Made by a program: the position numbers and the translations under genes. 32,000 nucleotides of DNA from Patescibacteria group bacterium. Lineage in GTDB: Bacteria > Patescibacteriota > Patescibacteriia > 2-01-FULL-39-33. The notes under the pieces were generated by a model that had not been told where the DNA came from, made no database searches, and saw only the letters and a list, made by a program, of their open reading frames with translations. This document shows, piece by piece, positions 1 through 6,773 of this stretch (within the stretch, counting starts at the first letter, position 1; each line of letters opens with the position of its first letter). The stretch covers positions 1 to 32,000 of the forward strand of contig JBAZMW010000003.1 in the NCBI GenBank assembly GCA_041649575.1. The letters are read 5' to 3'.

Positions 1-125
1 TTCCCGCTGTTCGTCTCGTCGCTTCGCGACGTCGCCGAACAGCGGCTATCTGACGCTGGCGCTTCATTTCGCCAGTCCAAAAGCTGCGCTTTTGTCCTGA
101 CGAAACGACAGATAGCCGCGGCGCA
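1..125 (+). repeat. Copy 1 (5'-truncated by window edge) of the 166-bp multi-hairpin cassette-boundary block
   Basis: Identical to positions 809-933 of copy 2; ends ...CCGCGGCGCA followed by TTAGGTG. Confidence 0.95.
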
Positions 126-175
126 TTAGGTGAAATCGTGCTAATTTTTAACAAATCAAATAAACCATAAAAACT

Positions 176-586
176 ATGAGAAAAACAACCCTGATTGCCA
201 TCATTGTAATCGCTACAGTTACCATTGGAGGAATTTATGCATGGCAAAGATTGAATATGCCATCAGAACAAAGCAAGTGTACTAAGCAAGGGGGAAATTG
301 GATAACGGGTTCGCCTGAGTATGGCTCAAAATGCATAATCCCATATTCAGATGCGGGGGAAAAATGTACAAGTTCAGAGCAATGTTTAGGTCAATGCGTA
401 ACTAATGTAATAAGCCAACTCGGGAAGGAGGGTACATGTCAAAAAAATAATGACAATCGGGGTTGTTTCAATGCAATAGAAAGCGAGAGGTTTAATTGTT
501 TACTGGATGATATAATGGTTAATTGTGATAGTAAACATTGGGAAACCATGTGCGACTCACTTAAAGGAAAAGAATTCTTTGAATAA
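176..586 (+). CDS. Hypothetical small protein with N-terminal TM/signal anchor and Cys-rich outer domain (cassette 1)
   Basis: 136-aa ORF, hydrophobic N-terminus, about 10 Cys; lies between two attC-like boundaries. Confidence 0.7.
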   Translation: MRKTTLIAIIVIATVTIGGIYAWQRLNMPSEQSKCTKQGGNWITGSPEYGSKCIIPYSDAGEKCTSSEQCLGQCVTNVISQLGKEGTCQKNNDNRGCFNAIESERFNCLLDDIMVNCDSKHWETMCDSLKGKEFFE

Positions 587-603
587 AAATTAGCACGACT
601 ATC

Positions 604-767
604 ACCTAACATGTTTTATACGGTTGCGCCCCTCGGCTCGCTCTCTGAAATTTAACGGGACACCGCTTCGCTCGGGGCTCCACCTAACTTTTGTCCTCGC
701 TTATGCGGTGACCTCCGGTCAATTGTACCGCAACGCTCGGAACAAAAGTTCGTATAAAACGATAACG
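604..767 (+). other. attC-like site A (R'' ACCTAAC 604-610; R' G at 767, completed by TTAGTA at 934 after the inserted block)
   Basis: RYYYAAC box; inner stem GTTTTATACG pairs with CGTATAAAAC; ends AACG|TT. R' of the next cassette complements R'' at 1305-1311. Confidence 0.7.
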
Positions 768-933
768 TTCAGCGACATCGCTTCGCTCTGTCGCTGAATG
801 CGCCGCGGTTCCCGCTGTTCGTCTCGTCGCTTCGCGACGTCGCCGAACAGCGGCTATCTGACGCTGGCGCTTCATTTCGCCAGTCCAAAAGCTGCGCTTT
901 TGTCCTGACGAAACGACAGATAGCCGCGGCGCA
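768..933 (+). repeat. Copy 2 of the 166-bp structured block inserted at the attC G|TT position
   Basis: Identical to copy 3 and one base different from copy 4; perfect stems TTCAGCGACA/TGTCGCTGAA, TGCGCCGCGG/CCGCGGCGCA, CCGCTGTTCG/CGAACAGCGG and CTATCTG/CAGATAG. Confidence 0.95.
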
Positions 934-994
934 TTAGTAGCCATATTGCTTTTTACAAAATATTTTTAGGGGTTGAAAAAAAAGGAGAATAACC

Positions 995-1204
995 ATGAAA
1001 CGTATTGATGTACTTTGCGAATTGCCATTTGCTGGATTTTTAATCTTTGTTGGGTTGACTATCCTTGCAGGCAGCGGCATATACGCGATGACAGCCATGT
1101 CTTTTGCTGGCCGCTGTATCGGCTATGCCGGATGTATTTGCGGATTTGTATTGGTGTTCTTACCATTCTTGGTCTTAAGCTGGAAGTTACACCGTAACCC
1201 ATAA
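995..1204 (+). CDS. Small hydrophobic membrane protein, about two TM segments (cassette 2)
   Basis: 69-aa ORF, RBS-like AAAGGAG upstream of ATG, flanked by long inverted repeats. Confidence 0.65.
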   Translation: MKRIDVLCELPFAGFLIFVGLTILAGSGIYAMTAMSFAGRCIGYAGCICGFVLVFLPFLVLSWKLHRNP

Positions 1205-1304
1205 ATGGCAAAACGATTCAAGGGAAGGAATGATTTGCTGTTCCTTCCCCACCCCCTAAAAATATTTTGAATGGAAAAATGATATAATATAAAAGCAATA
1301 CAGC

Positions 1305-1438
1305 TACTAACACGTTTTATAAGGCTCGCCCATTACTAAGATAATCAGCTCGCGGACATTGCTCGTTCGCTTACGTGTTTGGCTCCGCGCATATTTTACC
1401 ACCACGCGAACTTCGCAACGTCTTATAAAACGATAACG
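1305..1438 (+). other. attC-like site B (R'' TACTAAC 1305-1311; R' G at 1438, completed by TTAAGT at 1605)
   Basis: Inner stem CGTTTTATAAG/CTTATAAAACG; AACG|TT end; R'' is the perfect complement of the block-excised R' at the start of cassette 2. Confidence 0.7.
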
Positions 1439-1604
1439 TTCAGCGACATCGCTTCGCTCTGTCGCTGAATGCGCCGCGGTTCCCGCTGTTCGTCTCGTCG
1501 CTTCGCGACGTCGCCGAACAGCGGCTATCTGACGCTGGCGCTTCATTTCGCCAGTCCAAAAGCTGCGCTTTTGTCCTGACGAAACGACAGATAGCCGCGG
1601 CGCA
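1439..1604 (+). repeat. Copy 3 of the 166-bp structured block
   Basis: Identical to copy 2. Confidence 0.95.
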
Positions 1605-1650
1605 TTAAGTGAAATTTGCTATTTTATTAAAATCTAAATAATAAACCGCT

Positions 1651-1893
1651 ATGAAAAAAACAATCATAGTAATAGTGGCAGTAATTCTCATAATTATTAT
1701 AACCTTTTTGGGCTACTGGTTTTTTCTGAGGAAAAACTGCAATCAATTTTCAGGTAATTTTTCCTGGGCATGGGGTCCAAACCTTGTTTCTAAATGCGAA
1801 AATGCCGGCTGTAAAACCAATATTAAAAACTGCTCAGGAAGTCAAGATGCGCCAGATAGTGTTATGTGCTATTTAGAATGCACCTCCAAATAA
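1651..1893 (+). CDS. Hypothetical TM-anchored Cys-rich small protein (cassette 3)
   Basis: 80-aa ORF, N-terminal TM helix plus 7 Cys. Confidence 0.65.
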   Translation: MKKTIIVIVAVILIIIITFLGYWFFLRKNCNQFSGNFSWAWGPNLVSKCENAGCKTNIKNCSGSQDAPDSVMCYLECTSK

Positions 1894-1906
1894 AATAGCA
1901 AACTTC

Positions 1907-2059
1907 ATTTAACACGGTTTATGTGGTTCATCCGACACTTCCCATATTAAGCCGAGACATCGGTCGGATTCACCTAAATCGCTTGTCGTCTTAGGTGGTG
2001 GCGCTCCGCGCACATTTTACCACCACGACGACTGCGCGACTTCACATAAACCGGTAACG
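1907..2059 (+). other. attC-like site C (R'' ATTTAAC 1907-1913; R' G at 2059)
   Basis: RYYYAAC box; inner stem CGGTTTATGTG/CACATAAACCG, compensatory relative to sites A and B. Confidence 0.7.
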
Positions 2060-2225
2060 TTCAGCGACATCGCTCCGCTCTGTCGCTGAATGCGCCGCGG
2101 TTCCCGCTGTTCGTCTCGTCGCTTCGCGACGTCGCCGAACAGCGGCTATCTGACGCTGGCGCTTCATTTCGCCAGTCCAAAAGCTGCGCTTTTGTCCTGA
2201 CGAAACGACAGATAGCCGCGGCGCA
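2060..2225 (+). repeat. Copy 4 of the 166-bp structured block
   Basis: Same as copies 2/3 except cgctCcgctc for cgctTcgctc in the loop of the first hairpin. Confidence 0.95.
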
Positions 2226-2282
2226 TTATCATAAAATAGTAAAAAACATTTTCTTTTAGACAATAATTTTGGTAATTTTACT

Positions 2283-2317
2283 AAAAAACCCCAGGCCAAG
2301 TGCGATACTTGGCCTGG
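2283..2317 (-). terminator. Intrinsic terminator for the minus-strand cassette 4 gene
   Basis: CCAGGCCAAG...CTTGGCCTGG stem followed on the minus strand by a T tract. Confidence 0.8.
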
Positions 2318-2353
2318 TTGAAACAGGCAGATACTCGTTGCGGGCGGTGTTCA

Positions 2354-2647
2354 CTATAGGGGGACGGGAACGAGACGCGGGTCCCGCATCTTTTCCCCAA
2401 TCGCCAGACAGAGCCGCGTTAGTGCTTCCGAGAGTTGGACGCCAGGGCGTTGAGTCAGTGATCCGGTGATTGCTTTTACTCCGCCGACGGTTATTCCCGA
2501 CATGAGCGGAGTTACCCTCCTCGCCCACTTCTTACGGAAAGCGAGAAAGAATGCTCCCTGGTTTTCCGGCGCTGGCATTTGCTGATATATCTCGACCCAG
2601 TCACCGCAGAAGCCCAGTTGAAAAACACGCCTGAATCTACGTTGCAT
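2354..2647 (-). CDS. Hypothetical ~97-aa protein, antisense to array polarity (cassette 4)
   Basis: Minus-strand SD AGAGGAGG upstream of ATG (MQRRFRRVF...), downstream intrinsic terminator. Confidence 0.55.
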   Translation of the reverse strand: MQRRFRRVFQLGFCGDWVEIYQQMPAPENQGAFFLAFRKKWARRVTPLMSGITVGGVKAITGSLTQRPGVQLSEALTRLCLAIGEKMRDPRLVPVPL

Positions 2648-2799
2648 TATTAAACCACCTCCTCTCATAGCCAGTAAACCACCAAAAACAATTGAGAAAT
2701 CCTATCAACCATGATAAGATTCATATACGAAAGAACAAAAATTATCCTATATTTAATTCATTTAAAAGTCAAGGGCGGATTTCTCGTTTTTACTACATC

Positions 2800-2936
2800 C
2801 GACAACACGGTTTAGACATAATCGCTTGGTCGCTTGCGCGATTGACTCCCGCCCCCACTAACGCTTCGGCTGGCAGGCCGTCAAATTATATCGCGCCGCT
2901 TCCGGCGCGACTTCACCTAAAACGGTGACGTTGGGC
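2800..2936 (+). other. attC-like site D without the 166-bp block (R'' CGACAAC; R' GTTGGGC)
   Basis: Canonical GTTRRRY R' box at 2930-2936; inner complementarity CACGGTTTAG / CCTAAAACGGTG (imperfect); internal hairpins. Confidence 0.6.
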
Positions 2937-2979
2937 AAAACTGAAAAAACTTTTAAATTTATTTTGTTTTGATTTCTGT

Positions 2980-3492
2980 ATGATAAAGATAAGAAAACAT
3001 TTAGAAAAAGATATTCCCTACCGCGTCAAGTGGTTAAGTAATCCCAGTGCCAACAAATTCATTGGTGATGAAATAGGGCAAAAAACAAATCTGCAAAAAG
3101 AAAAGAGGTGGTTTGCTAATTATAAAAAAGCTAAGAACAAAAAGTTTTTTACTATTTGTGATAATTTTAAGCCAATCGGGTTTATGGGGTTATCAAACAT
3201 TAATAAGGCGAATAAAAATGCAGATTTGTTTATTGCTATCGGTGAAGACGACTATCGCGGCAAGGGAATCGGAAAAATCGCCATGGGATGGATAATTGAT
3301 TATGGATTTAAAAAATTAAAACTTCATAAGATCAACTTGGGTGTTATTAAAAATAATGTTCCGGCAGTAAATTTATATAAATCTTTTGGATTTGTCATTG
3401 AAGGTGAAATGAAAGATGAAGTTCTTTACAGAGGGAGATTTTATAATTTTTTATCCATGGCGATTTTTAATAGAAATCAAAACAAAAAATAA
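2980..3492 (+). CDS. GNAT-family N-acetyltransferase (RimJ/RimL-like), cassette 5
   Basis: DDYRGKGIGKIAMGWIIDYGF acetyl-CoA binding motif and NLYKSFGFVIEGEMKDEV... C-terminus. Confidence 0.85.
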   Translation: MIKIRKHLEKDIPYRVKWLSNPSANKFIGDEIGQKTNLQKEKRWFANYKKAKNKKFFTICDNFKPIGFMGLSNINKANKNADLFIAIGEDDYRGKGIGKIAMGWIIDYGFKKLKLHKINLGVIKNNVPAVNLYKSFGFVIEGEMKDEVLYRGRFYNFLSMAIFNRNQNKK

Positions 3493-3802
3493 GGAATCAG
3501 ACGCGATAATAAATAATAAAATCTATAAAAAAACAACAACTGCCTTAATAGTTATTCTCATCCTGGTTTTGATATATTTAGCAATACCGAAGCCATATTC
3601 ACTATCTACCAACATAAAATCTTGCGTTGATTCAAAGATTATTTCTGCGGCATATCTCAACCAAGATTCAGGCTGGTGTGCTGGGATAGTTTACCCGTCT
3701 AACAGAGACGAAATATGGCGTAATCCAATATGTACAATGTCTATAAAAGGCTGGGATTGCTTTGGTTATAAATTCTTTAAAAAAACTTCAATGGCTTTAT
3801 AA
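3416..3802 (+). CDS. Hypothetical TM-anchored protein with Cys residues; true start uncertain, the overlap with the GNAT ORF is probably not translated
   Basis: Hydrophobic segment TTTALIVILILVLIYLAI then Cys-containing tail; no ATG in a good position downstream of 3492. Confidence 0.4.
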   Translation: MKFFTEGDFIIFYPWRFLIEIKTKNKESDAIINNKIYKKTTTALIVILILVLIYLAIPKPYSLSTNIKSCVDSKIISAAYLNQDSGWCAGIVYPSNRDEIWRNPICTMSIKGWDCFGYKFFKKTSMAL

Positions 3803-3820
3803 TCTATTATTTATTACAGC

Positions 3821-3838
3821 GCCTAACACGTTTCATTA
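3821..3838 (+). other. Terminal attC-like half-site (R'' GCCTAAC then ACGTTTCATT)
   Basis: GCCTAAC matches RYYYAAC and pairs (one G:T) with R' GTTGGGC at 2930; no matching 3' half found before the 3851 ORF. Confidence 0.5.
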
Positions 3839-3850
3839 ACTCAAATACTT

Positions 3851-4375
3851 ATGACAAAACAAGAAGGGCGGCCTGAAACAACGGAAAAAAAGGACTGTTC
3901 TTTCGAAGAAGGAGTTGAGCAAATAATAGAGCTGGCCAGTTCACTGCTCCTTGCTCAAGATTATGTCGTTGTGGCAATATCCGGGCCTCTCTCCGATGAT
4001 ACGAACGTTGGCAAAACTTTCCTTTCAAATGGCTTGGCCAGAGGATTTGCGCAACGGGGTATCTCTTGTATTGTCACATCAGATGAAGTTTCGCTTAGAA
4101 ACCACGCGTCAATCAAAACCGACAAGGGAGTTATAATTCTTGGTGCCATGGGAAGTCCCAGTAATCATACAAAACCAGAAACAGTGGCACGATATAGGGC
4201 CGGCCGAGATTCGGGCGTGCAAGCCGCGACAAATTCGATCGGGCTGCCCGTCTCCAAGGTTGATATTCATGTCTTTATTTATAGACCAGACAAGCCTGTC
4301 TGTGAGGGAGATCGTCTATATAACGACATAATCATAAAAAATGAAAATGCTATCGACGATCCTGATAAACTATAA
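3851..4375 (+). CDS. P-loop NTPase, uridine-kinase-like/unknown
   Basis: VVVAISGPLSDDTNVGKTFLSNGLA resembles a Walker A-containing N-terminus. Confidence 0.5.
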   Translation: MTKQEGRPETTEKKDCSFEEGVEQIIELASSLLLAQDYVVVAISGPLSDDTNVGKTFLSNGLARGFAQRGISCIVTSDEVSLRNHASIKTDKGVIILGAMGSPSNHTKPETVARYRAGRDSGVQAATNSIGLPVSKVDIHVFIYRPDKPVCEGDRLYNDIIIKNENAIDDPDKL

Positions 4376-4453
4376 GAATCACAAAAAAATTGTGGAGGAA
4401 GAATCTCAATAAACATTCTGAATGAGAAAAACAAAGAAATTGAAATCTAAAAA

Positions 4454-4987
4454 ATGAGGCCTCTTTTTACAATTAAAAAAACCAAAGGGAATGGCCGCGG
4501 GGTCTTTGCGCTCACCGATATCAAAAAAGGCAGACACGTCATTAGATGCGATCTGACAAAGCTAAAAACATACTCATTAGAAAAACTGAAGAAGCACCCA
4601 CAGCGCAGGTCCGACCATTGGGACGAGGCAGGGAGAGGCAAGTGGGTTTTGGATTTTTCTCCGGCCTCTTACGTTAACCATTCTTGCGATCCCAATTGCC
4701 TGACAAAATATTATACCTTAAAGAAAAAAGATATTGTGGCCAGGCGAGACATAAAAAGCGGCGAAGAGATGACTGTAGATTATTCGACGGGAGCCATCTA
4801 CGGATTCAACAAAAAATCTCACATCACCGCTGGCGCTGGAATTATGAAGTGCCGCTGCAACAGCAAAAAATGCAGAAAAATTATTACGGATGACTTTTTT
4901 GAGCTGCCTAAAGGTTTGCAAAGAGAATATTTTAAGAACTTACCGCCTTCGATTAAAAGAAAATTTGTAAAGAGACCAAAAAGATAA
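4454..4987 (+). CDS. SET-domain protein (putative protein-lysine methyltransferase)
   Basis: GRGVFALTDIKKGRHV; YVNHSCDPNC; RDIKSGEEMTVDY; post-SET CRCNSKKC. Confidence 0.85.
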   Translation: MRPLFTIKKTKGNGRGVFALTDIKKGRHVIRCDLTKLKTYSLEKLKKHPQRRSDHWDEAGRGKWVLDFSPASYVNHSCDPNCLTKYYTLKKKDIVARRDIKSGEEMTVDYSTGAIYGFNKKSHITAGAGIMKCRCNSKKCRKIITDDFFELPKGLQREYFKNLPPSIKRKFVKRPKR

Positions 4988-5151
4988 AACGCATCATATT
5001 ATTACATCATACTATATAAATTTTGTCAATATTTAATAAATATAAAATAAACTCTTGTTTTATTTTCAAAAATAGATTATAATAACAATATAAAGATTTA
5101 TCCCCTGCCGAGGGGATTTTAAGATAGAAAAATTACTTAAATTTAAACAAG

Positions 5152-5343
5152 ATGATGAAAGTTAGTGGCATCGGCCAATATATAAAGGATTCAATAAAAG
5201 AGCTAAAAAGAGTGACTTGGCCCACCAAACAAGAATTAAAACAACATACCATTATGGTGGTGGCCATCTCTTTGGGCGTAGCCGCTTTCTTGGGAATTGT
5301 CGACTACATCTTAACGCTGGGACTGGAGCAAATTATAAAATAA
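5152..5343 (+). CDS. secE: Preprotein translocase subunit SecE
   Basis: Short protein with IKDSIKELKRVTWPTKQELKQHT motif and one TM; directly upstream of nusG. Confidence 0.9.
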   Translation: MMKVSGIGQYIKDSIKELKRVTWPTKQELKQHTIMVVAISLGVAAFLGIVDYILTLGLEQIIK

Positions 5344-5436
5344 TTACGATAACCGATAACGGATGACCGATTACCGGTAAAATGACACTTGAAAGCCGGC
5401 GGTGAATGGTTAACAGTGATCATTTAATAAAATATT

Positions 5437-5982
5437 ATGGCCAAACAAACTTTAAATTTAGGCAGGCGCTGGTATGTCCTGCACACTTATTCTGGCCTAG
5501 AGGAGGCCGTGGAGCACAACTTGAAGCAACGTATCGAATCCATGGATATGGAAGATAAAATTTTTGGCATACTGATTCCCAAAGAGAAAAAAATCAGAAT
5601 CAAAAACGGCAAAAGAAAAGTGGTTGAAGAAAAAATCTACCCCGGCTACGTGCTGGTGGAGATGATTGTCACCGACGACAGCTGGTATGTGGTGAGAAAT
5701 ACGCCTCATGTCACCGGTTTTGTGGGCTCTGGCACCACGCCGACCCCGGTTTCCGAGGAAGAAATCAAGAGTCTGCAAAAACGGATGGGAGTGGACGAAC
5801 CAGAATACCAGATTGATGTGGTCAAGGGAGACAGCGTCAGAATTACCGACGGACCGTTTAAAACCATGGAAGGCAAGGTGGTGGAAATCGACGAAAGCCG
5901 CGGCAAGATCAAGGTGCTAATCTCCATGTTCGGCCGCGAAACTCCGGTGGAATTGGATTTCTTGCAAATAAAAAAGATATAA
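5437..5982 (+). CDS. nusG: Transcription termination/antitermination protein NusG
   Basis: RRWYVLHTYSGLEEAV...YPGYVLVEM...VRNTPHVTGFVG...VKGDSVRITDGPFKTMEGKV (KOW). Confidence 0.97.
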   Translation: MAKQTLNLGRRWYVLHTYSGLEEAVEHNLKQRIESMDMEDKIFGILIPKEKKIRIKNGKRKVVEEKIYPGYVLVEMIVTDDSWYVVRNTPHVTGFVGSGTTPTPVSEEEIKSLQKRMGVDEPEYQIDVVKGDSVRITDGPFKTMEGKVVEIDESRGKIKVLISMFGRETPVELDFLQIKKI

Positions 5983-6205
5983 GTAGCGTATGGCGTATGG
6001 CATATAGCATATAGCATATGGCATATAGCGTATAGAAAATTATAAAAAATAATTTATTAACAGCTTCTTGCCAACAGTTTGGCAGTTAGTAAAATATATA
6101 AAATTTAACAAAAAGCTTATGACGTCTAGTCTATAGGAAAGTGCTCACCAGGGACATATTGCCAAAACCTATAAACTATAAGCCATAAGCCATAAACTGA
6201 AATGT

Positions 6206-6628
6206 ATGGCAAAAAAAATAAAAACCATCATAAAACTACAGATTAAAGCGGGCGCGGCCAATCCGGCGCCTCCGGTTGGTCCGGCCTTGGGTCAGCACGG
6301 TCTAAACATCGCTGAATTCTGTCAGAAGTTTAATGCCGCCACTCAAGACAAGGCCGGCGATATTATACCGGCAGAAATCACGGTTTATGAAGACCGTACT
6401 TACAGCTTTGTCTTGAAGACGCCTCCAGCCGCCGAATTAATCAAAAAAGCCGCTAGCATTCCCAAAGGATCGGGCAAGCCGCTCAAGGAAAAAGTTGGCT
6501 CGATTACCAAGGCACAGTTAGAGCAGATTGCCAAGACCAAAATGCCTGATCTAAATACCCAGGATCTGGAAGCGGCTTGCAAAATTATTGCCGGTACTTG
6601 CAGGCAAATGGGCGTAGAGATTAAATAA
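6206..6628 (+). CDS. rplK: 50S ribosomal protein L11
   Basis: [27 protein letters not shown]. Confidence 0.98.
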   Translation: MAKKIKTIIKLQIKAGAANPAPPVGPALGQHGLNIAEFCQKFNAATQDKAGDIIPAEITVYEDRTYSFVLKTPPAAELIKKAASIPKGSGKPLKEKVGSITKAQLEQIAKTKMPDLNTQDLEAACKIIAGTCRQMGVEIK

Positions 6629-6773
6629 TTTAACAACGGATAACTATTGATCGATTACCGCTAATTGTGAATTGACTAAGAAACTATCGGTTATCGGTAA
6701 GCGGTAACCTTCTAGCAAGTGGCAGAATCCCCTAGTCCGGGACTCGTTACGACCACTACAAAAATAAACAGCT

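Noticed and set aside
767-773. Treating GTTCAGC as the genuine R' box of cassettes 2-4
   Set aside because: It does not complement the R'' boxes of those cassettes and does not fit GTTRRRY, while the TT at 934/1605 does. The cassette flank inverted repeats also begin at that TT.
768-933. Group IIC-attC intron or ordinary IS element at attC
   Set aside because: Only 166 bp, no RT/maturase or transposase in the window and no group II domain V pattern seen. A MITE dependent on an outside transposase remains possible and is stated as the alternative.
684-944. Minus-strand ORFs 684..944, 1307..1546 and 2042..2299 sharing MKRQRQIAAVRRRREATRRTAGTAAHSATERSDVAERYRF
   Set aside because: They are the antisense reading of the 166-bp hairpin block. 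The shared peptide tracks the repeated DNA structure and its boundaries do not coincide with the ORF ends.
1-2225. CRISPR array
   Set aside because: Repeats are 166 bp and separated by 450-670 bp containing ORFs; no ~30-bp repeats with uniform spacers and no cas genes.
2692-2928. ORF 2692..2928 +
   Set aside because: Mostly lies inside attC-like site D and its hairpins, with no RBS.
1-3838. Diversity-generating retroelement or phage-defence island
   Set aside because: No reverse transcriptase, template/variable repeats, nuclease, helicase or methyltransferase genes in this segment.
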